This document shows positions 9,569-21,200 of a stretch of 64,000 nt of DNA, piece by piece. The stretch lies in IMG/VR virus record IMGVR_UViG_3300027759_000071, positions 1-64,000 of that record; one strand, written 5' to 3'. The number at the start of each line of letters is the position of its first letter. Position 1 is the stretch's first letter. The DNA is from a virus. The position numbers were made by a program, and so were the translations under genes. The notes under the pieces were generated by a model. The model was not told where the DNA came from, searched no databases, and saw only the letters and a list, made by a program, of their open reading frames with translations.

Positions 9569-9952
9569 ATGTCAGCAGCAAAATACTCATTTATAATAGA
9601 GCAAGGCGCAACTTTAAACTTTCAAATAGATTGGGCAGACGCTAGTGGCTCTGCTATTGATTTATCAGGCTATTCCGCAAGAATGCAAATAAGACCTGAA
9701 ATTGAAGCAACTGGTTCTTACTTATCAATCTCATCATCAGCAAATTTTAATTGCTTAAGCTATATAAGTTTAAGTGGTTCTAATTTCGTAACACCTGTAC
9801 AAAGTGGTTCGGTTGGAGTTTATTTAACCGCAGAAGATACAATGAATTTGAATTTTGATAAAGCATTCTATGATTTAGAAATGGTAAAAGGTTGTGAGGT
9901 AACAAGATTAATTGAAGGATTGGTTCATCTATCTAAAAATGTGACACGATAA
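9569..9952 (+). CDS. Small beta-sandwich virion protein (BppU-N/LtfC-like fibre anchor)
   Basis: IEQGAT...IDLSGYSARMQIR...YDLEM...VTRLIEG...VTR pattern, commonly found before collagen-like fibre genes. Confidence 0.65.
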   Translation: MSAAKYSFIIEQGATLNFQIDWADASGSAIDLSGYSARMQIRPEIEATGSYLSISSSANFNCLSYISLSGSNFVTPVQSGSVGVYLTAEDTMNLNFDKAFYDLEMVKGCEVTRLIEGLVHLSKNVTR

Positions 9953-9955
9953 GAA

Positions 9956-11101
9956 ATGAGTGTAAAGGTAACAAAACAAATAACTCATGTAACGGTTTCC
10001 CAAGCTGGTATTCAAGGACCTAAAGGAGACCCGCATGGTACATCCGGTACGGCAGGTTCATCTGGTTCGTCTGGTAGTGATGGATATGATGGAACAAGCG
10101 GTAGTAGTGGTACATCGGGAACATCTGGCTCGGCTGGTACATCTGGAACTTCGGGTAAAACTGGATTAAGAGGACCTTCGGGTTCATCTGGTAGTAGTGG
10201 TTCATCTGGAACGGCAGGCTCTCATGGAACATCTGGTAGTAGTGGTACATCCGGATTAGCTGGTAAAGCTGGTTCATCTGGAACATCTGGAAAAGCTGGT
10301 ACATCTGGTAAAACAGGTTCAACCGGTTCAACTGGTTCGCATGGTACATCGGGAACATCTGGTTCATCTGCAGAATTTGCATCCGTAACAATTTCCGAAA
10401 CTCCTCCTGATACAAATACATCTGGAAAACTTTGGTTCAATAGTAATGAAGGAACTTTATATGTTCAATACGATAATGGTAATGAAATAATTTGGATACC
10501 TACAAACGATTTAATAGGGGCTGATGGTTCATCTGGTTCGGATGGTAGTAGTGGTACAAGCGGTACTAATGGTACGTCAGGAACTTCTGGTACATCTGGT
10601 GTAAGCGGAAGTGGTGGAACTTCTGGCACATCTGGTGTAAGTGGAAGTGGTGGAACGTCTGGCACCTCTGGAGTAAATGGTAGTAGTGGAACATCAGGTA
10701 CATCCGGCTCCAATGGGACTAGTGGCACCTCAGGAACTTCTGGTACGAGTGGCTCAAATGGTACGGATGGAACTTCGGCAGAATATGCAGCAGTTTATAT
10801 TTCAGAAACCGCACCAACAACGGGAACAAACGGAAAGTTTTGGTGGAATAGTAACGAAGGAACTTTATATGTAGAATATTATGATGGTAACGGAACAAAT
10901 TGGATTCCTACAAATGATTTAGTAGGAGCTGATGGTAGTTCGGGTACATCTGGAACATCGGCAAATTTATCAGCAAATGTTATATTAGCACAAGTTTCAC
11001 AAAGTTTAGATTTTGTAGATGATACAGCTGCAGCAAGTGGTGGAGTTGCATTGGGTGGATTATATAGAAATGGAAATATAATTCAGATAAGAATAGTATA
11101 A
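9956..11101 (+). CDS. Gly-X-Y (GTS/GSS) fibre protein
   Basis: Two G-X-S tracts alternating with two copies of a W(F/W)NSNEGTLYV...WIPTNDL domain. Confidence 0.75.
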   Translation: MSVKVTKQITHVTVSQAGIQGPKGDPHGTSGTAGSSGSSGSDGYDGTSGSSGTSGTSGSAGTSGTSGKTGLRGPSGSSGSSGSSGTAGSHGTSGSSGTSGLAGKAGSSGTSGKAGTSGKTGSTGSTGSHGTSGTSGSSAEFASVTISETPPDTNTSGKLWFNSNEGTLYVQYDNGNEIIWIPTNDLIGADGSSGSDGSSGTSGTNGTSGTSGTSGVSGSGGTSGTSGVSGSGGTSGTSGVNGSSGTSGTSGSNGTSGTSGTSGTSGSNGTDGTSAEYAAVYISETAPTTGTNGKFWWNSNEGTLYVEYYDGNGTNWIPTNDLVGADGSSGTSGTSANLSANVILAQVSQSLDFVDDTAAASGGVALGGLYRNGNIIQIRIV

Positions 11102-11114
11102 TTAAGGTTTTTCA

Positions 11115-11123
11115 ATATTTATA
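11115..11123 (+). promoter_or_regulatory. Putative late promoter motif ATATTTATA
   Basis: Recurrent motif, 15 nt before ATG 11139. Confidence 0.6.
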
Positions 11124-11138
11124 AAAAGAAACAAACAA

Positions 11139-12575
11139 ATGGCATTAACTTTTCCAATATCGGCATCAATAGGGCAGACTTACCAAAGTGGGAGTTCCAA
11201 TACTTACGAGTGGACAGGGACCTATTGGAAAATAAAGAATGTAGTATCTTATAATTTTGTAAATACTGCATCATTTAACGAATTTTCGGCATCGGTATCG
11301 GATAGAATAGTTACAGCAACAAATGAAGGACAATTTGCAACAACTGGTTCGAATCAATTTATAGGTGACCAATTATTAAGTGGTTCAATCACTTTTTATG
11401 ATGGACCTAATATTGGTGCTATCGCATTGGCTCCTGTAATATCTGGAAGTGATTCATCTTTATATAATGATTTAAGTGGAGATTTTTTTATAGCATCCCC
11501 AACATCTGATATTACATTTTTCACACTTTTAAATAATGTAATCCCCAGTAGTTCACAAAATATTACTGATGTTGCTTTAGTTAGTTTAACTCGTAGTGGT
11601 TCATTGGATGTTTACGCTAATATGATGGTTAGTGGTTCAATCATACCTAATACGGGAAATGGAACTAATACATCTTCATTTAGTTTAGGTTCGGCAACAA
11701 ATGCTTGGAAAGACCTTTATATATCACATGGTTCAATTATTTTCGTAGATGCTCAAACACAAGCTACTACATCATTCTCAATTGAAAATAATACCGGTGG
11801 ACAAAACACTGTAAAATATACGGCAGCAATAACGGCATCGGCTTATTTAGGAGATGGTAGACAACTAACAAATTTATCAGCAAATACAAATTGGAATAAC
11901 ACATACGACTCTTATACAATAAGAAATACTGAACAATTAACTTTTTCAGGAGATTATATTTTAGAAAACGGATTTTTATTAATTGAAGGTAGTGAACCTA
12001 ATAGTATTGGTGAATGGACAAATGTAAATGTAGATGGAGATGGAACTATAACTAGAACTGGAAACAATACATATAGAATTGATGGTCCAAACGATAATCA
12101 AGATGATGGATGGCTGTTTATAAAGAGACAGTTTGATACCCCAACAACAATGTCAATAGATTATGTATGGAGTAATTCCGATGAAGAATCGGAAGATTGG
12201 CCAATGTACGATGTGTTATCCGAAGAACCGACTGGTGAAATAAGTAATACAAATAGATTAGATGATAATAATGCTTTGTATGAAACTGGAACTTGGGAAA
12301 TAAATGTACCATCTGGTAGTTGGTTAGCAATTGGAGTTTTTAGTAGCGATAGTTGTTGTGGTAGTGGTAGTTTGAATATTACACTCCCATACATACTTAA
12401 CGAAGATGTACAATACGCACCAAACAAATACTTCAAAAAAGAAGGTTCAATATTTATAGGTGGAAATCTATTACTTAAAGATAGTGTTATTGAAAACAAT
12501 GGTAAGATAAGTGTGGGTGGAGAAGTTATACTAATAGGTAATTCACAAATAGAAGGAACAGGAACAATAATATAA
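11139..12575 (+). CDS. Putative virion fibre/structural protein
   Basis: MALTFP...GQTY...YEWTGTYW N-terminus; FATTGSN, LGSATNAWKDLY and GDGRQLTNL fibre motifs. Confidence 0.6.
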   Translation: MALTFPISASIGQTYQSGSSNTYEWTGTYWKIKNVVSYNFVNTASFNEFSASVSDRIVTATNEGQFATTGSNQFIGDQLLSGSITFYDGPNIGAIALAPVISGSDSSLYNDLSGDFFIASPTSDITFFTLLNNVIPSSSQNITDVALVSLTRSGSLDVYANMMVSGSIIPNTGNGTNTSSFSLGSATNAWKDLYISHGSIIFVDAQTQATTSFSIENNTGGQNTVKYTAAITASAYLGDGRQLTNLSANTNWNNTYDSYTIRNTEQLTFSGDYILENGFLLIEGSEPNSIGEWTNVNVDGDGTITRTGNNTYRIDGPNDNQDDGWLFIKRQFDTPTTMSIDYVWSNSDEESEDWPMYDVLSEEPTGEISNTNRLDDNNALYETGTWEINVPSGSWLAIGVFSSDSCCGSGSLNITLPYILNEDVQYAPNKYFKKEGSIFIGGNLLLKDSVIENNGKISVGGEVILIGNSQIEGTGTII

Positions 12576-12582
12576 AAGATAT

Positions 12583-15147
12583 ATGCAATACATTCAATTA
12601 CAAGGGCAAGTAGCCGCAGATTTAGACTTACCAATAGAAGGTAGTTATAATTTGTTTATAGATACATCAGATAACTCCATCAAAGCAAAAGATTTTGAAG
12701 GTAATTTATCTGGAGGTGGTGGTTTATCATTAACCGAATTAACAAGAGGTGAGATAGATGTTTTAATAGCATCGGCATCTTTAACGCCAGGTGCATTCTA
12801 CAAAATAACTGGAGTAGCATCGGCATCATTCTACGAAGCTAATTCAATTAGTTACACTGGATACGGTAATGAAATTCAAGATGGTGGTACAACTATTATC
12901 TTACAAGCCGCAACTGATTCAACCCTATCTAAAAAAGGTATTGGTTTATTCTATGTTCCTAATTATGAAAATCCACAAGTACCAACTGCACCTCCCGATA
13001 ACAATTATTTAGTTTGGGATAGTACATCTCGTCTTGAGTTTAGTTCATCGTTTGGAGTATTTGACCACGATGAATATGTTAATTTATATGCAAATGGTTC
13101 ATCTTCATATTCTAATTTAAGAGCTAATATTGGTAATAATAGTATTACCTTAGAAGCTCCAGGTGATGAAGAAGTTCCTTCTCCTGATTTCTTTACAAAC
13201 CCCGCTAACTATCCAATGAGTATTGTTGGTGATAATACGGATGCTTGGGCTGGTATTGTTGATTACTACCAGACAGCATCTTATGTAGCTGGTGATTGTG
13301 TAATTTGGGGTGGTAGAGTTTGGCAAAATAGAAGTGGTAGTTTAGGATATACAACAGGCGGATGGCCATATTCTCAATTAACATTAAACGAAGGTGATTG
13401 GACAAAAGTTGCTTTCAATGAAACTAATTATACAATAGTTGCAGATTTAATTGAATACGAATTTGAATGGGATAATATCTCTTATAGAAAAGGTGCAAAT
13501 AATGTAGAAGTAAGATGTGATGGAAGATTGATGTTAAATGAATGGGGATATAATATGATTAAGTATTTTCCTTGGGGACATTATGGAACTCAAAATATTA
13601 GTATTAGTAATTCATATTTAGATGCATTTGTAAACTATCCACATGATGCATGGGCTTCTGAAATTAAGTTTGCAGATTATGGTGGATTTAACGCACATTA
13701 TTGGGGAAGGGAAACTGAAATATACAATATATCTTCCGACTTTGGTGGACATATGGTTAGTTTGAATTTAGGATACCGTACAATAATTAATAAAATCACA
13801 TTAGGTAAAAACGCATGGATATCGGATATTTACACATATGATAATGAGAATGGATACCACACTGCATTATATAAGATTACATTAAGTAATGGTGCATCCA
13901 TTGATGATAATTGGGATAATATCTATATGTATAATGGTTCTTATATGCAAAGGTTAATATTAGAAGATAATGCTAATATTACTGATATTAATTTATACAA
14001 AGAGTCTGGTATAGAAGATTCAAAATTAGGAACTTACTCTTATATCGCTGGAATCGGATTAAATGATTATGCAGCTTTTAGACAAGTTGAGCTTGGTAAT
14101 AGTAGTTATATAGAATATATAAATGCTGATGTTAGTGCTTGTTTTAAGAGAGTTAAATTAGGCATTGATTCTTATATTAATGCCATTGGTATTGGTGTAA
14201 ACGGATATTTCAAACATGTTGAGATGGGTGACCAATCTTCAATATATTGTAATGTAATAGGCGATGGTTCATACTTCCAATATGTTAATTTAGGAATCCA
14301 TTCTTCAATTAACACAATAGACCAAAGTGCTGGTAATTCATATTTTGAATATATTAATACTGGAATTGATTCTGACATATATAATATTGATTTAGGTTCT
14401 AATTCTTACTTTGAAAATATTAATACTGGAGTAGGTTCAAGTATATATAATATATACCAAGAAGAAACATTTCTTGCTGAGACTACTGCAAGTTATACAA
14501 TTCCTAGTACTAGTTCTTACTTCCACAATATTAATACTGGTATAAATTCCGACATAAGTGGTATCTATATGGGTAGTAATACATCATTGGATAATTTTGA
14601 AGTAGCAAATGAAGGAGGATTTGGACCTTTACTTCTATCGGAATCAGTTGATTTGGCATTATTTAAGATTGGGCAGGATTATGGATTTGGTCAAATGGTA
14701 TTTAGTTCATCATTATCCAATATAACAATTGAAAGAGGATTTAGCAATTTGATGAATACGGCAACTCAAAGTTTGGATGCTAGTGTTGGTGGTAATGGTA
14801 ATCCACTTATTGATTTTTATAATAGAAATATTATAACTATTGATATAACTGGAGCAACTACTCCTTATAGTTATGATTTACCTGATGGGGAATATGAAGG
14901 ACAAGAACTTACATTTGTGGTAAAATCCGATGGCTCTCATTCAATATTTCCTTACGATATTAATATATGGACAAACAAATTAGTTGTTAGTGGTCTTGGT
15001 TGGGGATTAGAAAACCATAGTGGAAGTTATTATGGAATACGACCATTTGCAAAATACGATGGAACTAATTGGAATTGGAAAAACGCAACCAAAGTAATTT
15101 GGACAGGTGGAGTATGGGTAACTGATGCAGAAGCATTTAACGATTAA
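12583..15147 (+). CDS. Large virion protein with beta-helix-like 11/22-aa repeats
   Basis: Periodic YFxxIN(T/L)GxxSxIxxIxxxxNS repeats from about 13700 to 14720. Confidence 0.6.
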   Translation: MQYIQLQGQVAADLDLPIEGSYNLFIDTSDNSIKAKDFEGNLSGGGGLSLTELTRGEIDVLIASASLTPGAFYKITGVASASFYEANSISYTGYGNEIQDGGTTIILQAATDSTLSKKGIGLFYVPNYENPQVPTAPPDNNYLVWDSTSRLEFSSSFGVFDHDEYVNLYANGSSSYSNLRANIGNNSITLEAPGDEEVPSPDFFTNPANYPMSIVGDNTDAWAGIVDYYQTASYVAGDCVIWGGRVWQNRSGSLGYTTGGWPYSQLTLNEGDWTKVAFNETNYTIVADLIEYEFEWDNISYRKGANNVEVRCDGRLMLNEWGYNMIKYFPWGHYGTQNISISNSYLDAFVNYPHDAWASEIKFADYGGFNAHYWGRETEIYNISSDFGGHMVSLNLGYRTIINKITLGKNAWISDIYTYDNENGYHTALYKITLSNGASIDDNWDNIYMYNGSYMQRLILEDNANITDINLYKESGIEDSKLGTYSYIAGIGLNDYAAFRQVELGNSSYIEYINADVSACFKRVKLGIDSYINAIGIGVNGYFKHVEMGDQSSIYCNVIGDGSYFQYVNLGIHSSINTIDQSAGNSYFEYINTGIDSDIYNIDLGSNSYFENINTGVGSSIYNIYQEETFLAETTASYTIPSTSSYFHNINTGINSDISGIYMGSNTSLDNFEVANEGGFGPLLLSESVDLALFKIGQDYGFGQMVFSSSLSNITIERGFSNLMNTATQSLDASVGGNGNPLIDFYNRNIITIDITGATTPYSYDLPDGEYEGQELTFVVKSDGSHSIFPYDINIWTNKLVVSGLGWGLENHSGSYYGIRPFAKYDGTNWNWKNATKVIWTGGVWVTDAEAFND

Positions 15148-15177
15148 TAAACAAACAAAAAATAAAATAACAATAAG

Positions 15178-15474
15178 ATGGCAAAATACACAACAAACCC
15201 AGACCCTAAAAAACCTGAAGGTGGAATTGAAGTACAACTTGAAAACCCAATTGTAACTCGTCAATTTGATGGACAAGAAATCAAAAGAGGTGTTATCACT
15301 ATTAAGAAATTTATGGATAATCCTTCTAGAAAGATTGTAGCAGTAATGACTGATGATAACAAATTGTATGAATTATGGAAAGGTGATACATACGATGCAA
15401 TTGGTGATTGGACAACTGCACAAGCAGTAGCAAGACTTAAACAAATGGCAGAAGCAGGATACGCTGGTGCATAA
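15178..15474 (+). CDS. Hypothetical protein
   Basis: 98-aa ORF with A-rich leader, in operon, with phage-like codon usage. Confidence 0.6.
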   Translation: MAKYTTNPDPKKPEGGIEVQLENPIVTRQFDGQEIKRGVITIKKFMDNPSRKIVAVMTDDNKLYELWKGDTYDAIGDWTTAQAVARLKQMAEAGYAGA

Positions 15475-15487
15475 ACCAAACTAAAGA

Positions 15488-16909
15488 ATGTTTGAAAGTA
15501 AAATAAATAGAGGTAGAGCAAACGGATATGCTCCATTGAACGGCGATGGTAAAGTAGGACTTAACTATTTACCTGATGTTGTTGGAGTAGCTGGTACATC
15601 TGGAACATCTGGTGTAAACGGAGTTAATGGTTCTCAAGGAAGTAGTGGAGCAAATGGAACAAATGGTCTAAATGGCACAAATGGCTCAGATGGCACAAGT
15701 GGCACATCTGGCACATCACCTTTTGAGGGAGTTAATACTGGTTCGTTTGCAACAACTGGTTCAAACATTTTTACAGGAAATCAAAACATTATTGGTAACA
15801 TTAATTTAAGTGGTTCATTGAATATTAGTAGTTCAATGATTATATCTTCAACGGTAGTTAATAACGGAACGATAAATGCACTTAATTCAGATTTAATAAT
15901 TGATGGTGGTGATATTATATTAAGTGGCTCATTAATTTTAAGTAGTAGTAATATACCAACAAATCTTACTGGTTCTTTGGGTGATATTAATGGTACTATA
16001 AAAATTGATAATAATTCAATTTACTATTGTTCTGGTAGCTTTGTTCCCGAAACATATCAGATAATTGTAAATCAAGGCATACCATATCCCACCCACGTAT
16101 TTATTCCAAAAAATCAACTGGGTGTACCAAATTTATATAGTAATGGTTTTAGTATTACAACCTCTGGCAACACAACTTATGTATTGACTGGTGTATATTC
16201 GGATGGAGATAACTGGGATTGTGAAATTGATAATTTGAATAGTAATTACCTTGGTGGAACTCAAACAATGACCCTAACTTGGTTGGATTATGAACCAACT
16301 AATATTTGGACAAAAACTGATTTTGGATTTGAAAGAGGTAAGTTTGCAACAACGGGTTCAAATACTTTTGTTGGTAACCAAACTATAAGTGGTTCATTAA
16401 ATGTAAGTGGTTCTATCTATAAAGATGGTAACAAACAATTCAACTACGGACAATGGGCTTCATTGGAAACTCAAACGGGTTCTGCTAATACGGCATACCC
16501 TATGAAGTTGGAAGTTCCGATTCCTGAATTTGAAGGTATCTATGTGGGCAATAATGCAAGTGGATTCCCAACTAGAATTTATGCAGAACATACTGGATTA
16601 TACAACATACAATTTTCAGCACAATTACACACCACATCAAATGAATCGGCTGATTTTTCTGTATGGTTTGCTATGACAGGTTCTAATATAGCAAATTCAA
16701 ATACGGATTTTTCTATTGAAAAGGTAAGTGGTGGTGGATTCCAAGTGGCAGCATTAAACTTCTTAACTCCAATTACATCTGGAAGTTATGTAGAATTGTA
16801 TTGGTCAAAAACAACGGCAAACGGACAATTGCAATATAAGGGAACGCAAGTATCACCAACTAGACCAGCAACTCCATCGATAATTGTGACAGTAACGCAA
16901 GTAGCATAA
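15488..16909 (+). CDS. Fibre protein with short G-X-Y tract and C-terminal C1q/BclA-like domain
   Basis: NGYAPLNGDGKV N-terminus, GTS/GVN triplets, C-terminal GLYNIQFSAQL...YVELYW...PSIIVTVTQV jelly-roll pattern. Confidence 0.6.
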   Translation: MFESKINRGRANGYAPLNGDGKVGLNYLPDVVGVAGTSGTSGVNGVNGSQGSSGANGTNGLNGTNGSDGTSGTSGTSPFEGVNTGSFATTGSNIFTGNQNIIGNINLSGSLNISSSMIISSTVVNNGTINALNSDLIIDGGDIILSGSLILSSSNIPTNLTGSLGDINGTIKIDNNSIYYCSGSFVPETYQIIVNQGIPYPTHVFIPKNQLGVPNLYSNGFSITTSGNTTYVLTGVYSDGDNWDCEIDNLNSNYLGGTQTMTLTWLDYEPTNIWTKTDFGFERGKFATTGSNTFVGNQTISGSLNVSGSIYKDGNKQFNYGQWASLETQTGSANTAYPMKLEVPIPEFEGIYVGNNASGFPTRIYAEHTGLYNIQFSAQLHTTSNESADFSVWFAMTGSNIANSNTDFSIEKVSGGGFQVAALNFLTPITSGSYVELYWSKTTANGQLQYKGTQVSPTRPATPSIIVTVTQVA

Positions 16910-16921
16910 TATATAATAATT

Positions 16922-18121
16922 ATGTCAATTACATTTCAAAAAAGTTTAAGATTAACATCAACTCCAATAGCATACAAATACTATAAGTGGCATATAACCG
17001 CAATTAGAGATATTGGGATACAAGCTTATGTTCAACTTTCTGAATTTACATTTTTATTAGATAGTGTTGATACTGATATGAGTTTAGTTACTATATCTTT
17101 ACTAAATGGACATACTAGTCCAAATGGTGAAAACGCAATTAATCTAAAAGATGGTAGTCTTGTTAGTAAATTTTTAGATTACAATTTTGAAGATGGTGGG
17201 ACTGAAGTTCTTTTTGAATTCCCAACTGCAATAATATTTAACGGATATAAATGGGGAACTGGAAACGATTCTGATTGGAGAGACCCTAAAAGTTGGACAT
17301 TGTATGGTAGTAACGATAATACAAATTGGGACGTATTAGATACTGTAACTGATTTTATAGCAACAGTTGATAGAAGTACCTTTAACACACCCTTTTCATA
17401 TACATCTACTAATAATATAGAAAGCAAATTAACATTTACGGCAAACCCACCAATACCTGCAGCACCATCTATTGTATTAGACGGATTGGTATTGTATTAT
17501 GATTTTAGCAATCCCACTTGTTATTCAGGTGGTGTTACTGTAAATGATTTATCAACAGCCAATAATGAAGGCTCTGTGGTAAATGCCTACGGTCATTTAT
17601 CATATGTTGATTCTGGTAGCAATAGTTATTTTAATTGGGATAGTAATTCTGGTGGTAATGGCGGAAGTAATTCATTTGGAAGTTCTATTTGGACAACTTC
17701 AGAAAATATCTATAAAGATTTTACAATGATTATTGAGCCTGATTTTTCTCTTGGTGGGTTTGCTGGTTTATTTTCCATACCAAACGATAAAAGTTTAAGA
17801 ATTTATAATAATAATTGGCAATTTCCTAATAATGGCAATGATGATGATTGGGGTAATCCATCATCAACTTTTTATGTAAATGGACAAGTAACTAATCAAA
17901 TGGTATCCGGTTGGAATATTATTGGAGGAGCAAAAAATAATAATAATCCGGCTTTCCCTGATAATGGTAAGTTATATGTTGGTACATCTGGATATGATAG
18001 TAGACATATGAAGGGTAAAATTGCTGTGGTGTTAATGTATAATAGAACTCTTACAGAACAAGAACAATTACAAAATTATAATTTCTTTAAATTTAGATTT
18101 GGATTAGTACCCATTGGTTGA
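16922..18121 (+). CDS. Discoidin (F5/8C)-like plus LamG/ConA-like lectin protein
   Basis: RDPKSWTLYGSNDNTNWDVLD (discoidin-like); GLVLYYDFSN...GKIAVVLMYNRTLTEQEQLQNY (LamG-like). Confidence 0.72.
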   Translation: MSITFQKSLRLTSTPIAYKYYKWHITAIRDIGIQAYVQLSEFTFLLDSVDTDMSLVTISLLNGHTSPNGENAINLKDGSLVSKFLDYNFEDGGTEVLFEFPTAIIFNGYKWGTGNDSDWRDPKSWTLYGSNDNTNWDVLDTVTDFIATVDRSTFNTPFSYTSTNNIESKLTFTANPPIPAAPSIVLDGLVLYYDFSNPTCYSGGVTVNDLSTANNEGSVVNAYGHLSYVDSGSNSYFNWDSNSGGNGGSNSFGSSIWTTSENIYKDFTMIIEPDFSLGGFAGLFSIPNDKSLRIYNNNWQFPNNGNDDDWGNPSSTFYVNGQVTNQMVSGWNIIGGAKNNNNPAFPDNGKLYVGTSGYDSRHMKGKIAVVLMYNRTLTEQEQLQNYNFFKFRFGLVPIG

Positions 18122-18220
18122 TATAGGTCCACATTCGCATCCTACAACTGGAAGTGCGGTGGTTGTTATTGATGGGCCGGTGATATAATTTCTTTTTAAA
18201 TACTAAACTTACATATTTTT

Positions 18221-18229
18221 ATATTTATA
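18221..18229 (+). promoter_or_regulatory. Putative late promoter motif ATATTTATA
   Basis: Recurrent motif, 32 nt before ATG 18262. Confidence 0.55.
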
Positions 18230-18261
18230 GGTAACATTCAAAAAAGTGCTTAAGCAGAGGT

Positions 18262-21200
18262 ATGTATAATAGCGATTTCAACACAAGTAGATATAATGAC
18301 CCAAACGTAACGGTAACTAAGATTACTGAAAATATAAATCGTGTCACAATATCACAAGCGGGAGTTCCTGGTCCAAAGGGCGATAAGGGTGACCCGTATG
18401 GTTCATCTGGAACGGCAGGGTCATCGGGAACATCTGGGACAAGTGGTACATCGGGCTCTGCTGGAAGTAGTGGTACAAGCGGTACAACTGGTTCACATGG
18501 CACATCTGGTTTTAGAGGCCCTGCCGGAACAAGTGGTACAACGGGTAAAGATGGTACATATTTCGGAAGTAGTGGAACTTCAGGAACAACTGGTTCGCAT
18601 GGTACATCTGGTACAAGCGGCTCATCGGGAACATCTGGCACAAGTGGTACATCGGGAACATCTGGAACAAGTGGTACATCTGCAACGGATGGTAGTGCTG
18701 GCACTGACGGTAGCGCTGGTACTGATGGTAGTGCAGGAACGGATGGAACGGCTGGAACTGATGGTTCAGCTGGTACAACAGGTTCACATGGCACATCTGG
18801 TACTAGTGGAAAAAATGGTACATCTGGCTCATCGGGAACATCTGGCACAAGTGGTTCATCTGGAAGTAGTGGTTCAACGGGAACTGCTGGTACATCTGGT
18901 ACAACCGGCTCACAAGGTACATCTGGTACATCTGGAAGTAGTGGAAGTGATGGTTCGTCTGGTACATCTGGTACTGATGGCTCTGCTGGTACATCGGGAA
19001 GTAGTGGAAGTAGCGGAAGTAGTGGTACTGATGGTAGTGCTGGAACTGATGGTAGTGCGGGAACAGATGGTTCAGCCGGTACATCGGGAAGTTCTGGAAG
19101 TAGTGGAACTGATGGTAGTGCCGGAACATCAGGAACAAGTGGTAGCAGTGGTTTAGCAGGTAAAGCTGGTTCATCGGGAACATCCGGTACGAGAGGTACA
19201 TCTGGTAGTAGTGGAGCAAGAGGACCTAATGGTTCTAATGGTTCATCTGGGTCATCGGGAACTTCAGGAAAAAATGGTACATCTGGTAGTAGTGGTAATG
19301 ATGGTACATCCGGTAGTAGTGGAAGTGATGGTTCATCTGGTACAAGCGGTACTGCTGGTTTAAGTGGAGCTGATGGTCCTATTTGGATTTTTGATTCAAC
19401 TATTGCAGCATTTAATGAACCTACCTCTGGACATTTTATAACAAATGATAATTTCTTTAGTTCTATTCTTAATGTTAGTATTTGTGAAGCAAATGCATCT
19501 AATGGAGATATGTATGGATGGTTTAACGCAATTAGCGTATATGCAGCAAATGGACATGATACATATGTAAGAATTAGTCAAGTTGGAAACACTGGTAATT
19601 TTGGTATTTATAAACTTAATACTTGCAATCGTAACCTATCAGGATTAAATCCATATTGGGATATTACATTCTATCAAGTTATTGCATCATCTGGACTTTT
19701 AGATAATGGAATTTCTTTTTCATTTTCTTGGTTTACAAATGGTATAACTGGTACATCGGGAACATCTGGCACAAGCGGCACATCTGGTGAAAGTGGTAGT
19801 GATGGCTCAGCTGGTACATCTGGAACATCTGGTACATCTGGAAGTGGTGGCTCAACTGGTTCGGCTGGTACATCGGGAACATCTGGCACAAGTGGGAGTA
19901 GTGGAAGTAATGGTTCATCGGGAACATCAGGAACATCTGGTACAAGCGGTACATCTGGAAGTGATGGTAGTACGGGGTCAGCGGGAACATCTGGAACATC
20001 TGGCACAAGAGGAACATCGGGAAGTAGTGGTAGAACTCCTATTCAAGGTATAGATTATATTAGTACATCAGGTACAACCGGTTCGGCTGGTACATCCGGA
20101 TTAGATGGGCAATTTTTAGGAAGTAGTGGTTCGTCTGGTAAAGATGGAACATCAGGAAGTTCTGGTTTTAATGGTACGGCTGGTTCATCGGGAACATCTG
20201 GTTCATCGGGTTCATCTGGTATTTCAATAGCAGGTACATCTGGTTCATCTGGTACAACGGGTTCATATGGCACATCTGGTAGTGGTGGGCAAACTGGTTC
20301 ATCGGGAACATCTGGAAGTGATGGATATGATGGAACATCTGGTACATCTGGACAAGCTGGTTCATCGGGAACATCTGGTTCATCTGGTTCATCTGGAACA
20401 TCTGGATTTGATGGAGGACCTGGTTTAAATGGTACGGCTGGAAGTAGTGGTACATCGGGAACGCAAGGTGCACAAGGAGATCCTGGTACATCGGGAACAT
20501 CTGGTACATCTGGTAGTAGTGGACTTGCTGGATTTTCAGGAACATCTGGAACATCTGGTACTGGTGGTTCGGCTGGTACATCTGGAAGTAGTGGAACATC
20601 TGGTACGACAGGTAAAGATGGACAAAATGGTACATCGGGAACATCTGGAACTGGTGGTACATCATCAACCGCTGGTAGTGCTGGTACGGCAGGTTCATCT
20701 GGCACAGGCGGTTCTGCTGGAACTGATGGAGTAGCTGGTTCATCTGGAACATCCGGTAAAAGTGGTACGGATGGTGCAGCTGGTAAAGATGGTTCGTCTG
20801 GAACATCGGGAAACACAGGATATAATGGTACTGATGGTTCAGCCGGCTCATCTGGAGTTAGTGGTACATCTGGTACAACTGGTTATAGTGGTGTTAATGG
20901 AACATCTGGAAGTAGTGGTGCTAATGGAGCAGCTGGTACATCTGGTAAAGATGGTGCTGGATTTAGTGCTATATCACCTACAACATCTGGAGCAGTATTA
21001 ACGGCAAATGGTACGGCAACAAGTGCAACAGCAAATACGGGTGTAACTATTACTGGTAACACACTTTATGCAGATGCATATTATCAAAATTCATCTCGAA
21101 CTTTAAAAACTAATATTCTTCCATTTAATAAATCGGCATTACAAATTATTGGAAATGTTAATGTTGTAGAATTTAATTATTTAACTGATTTAAAAAATAG

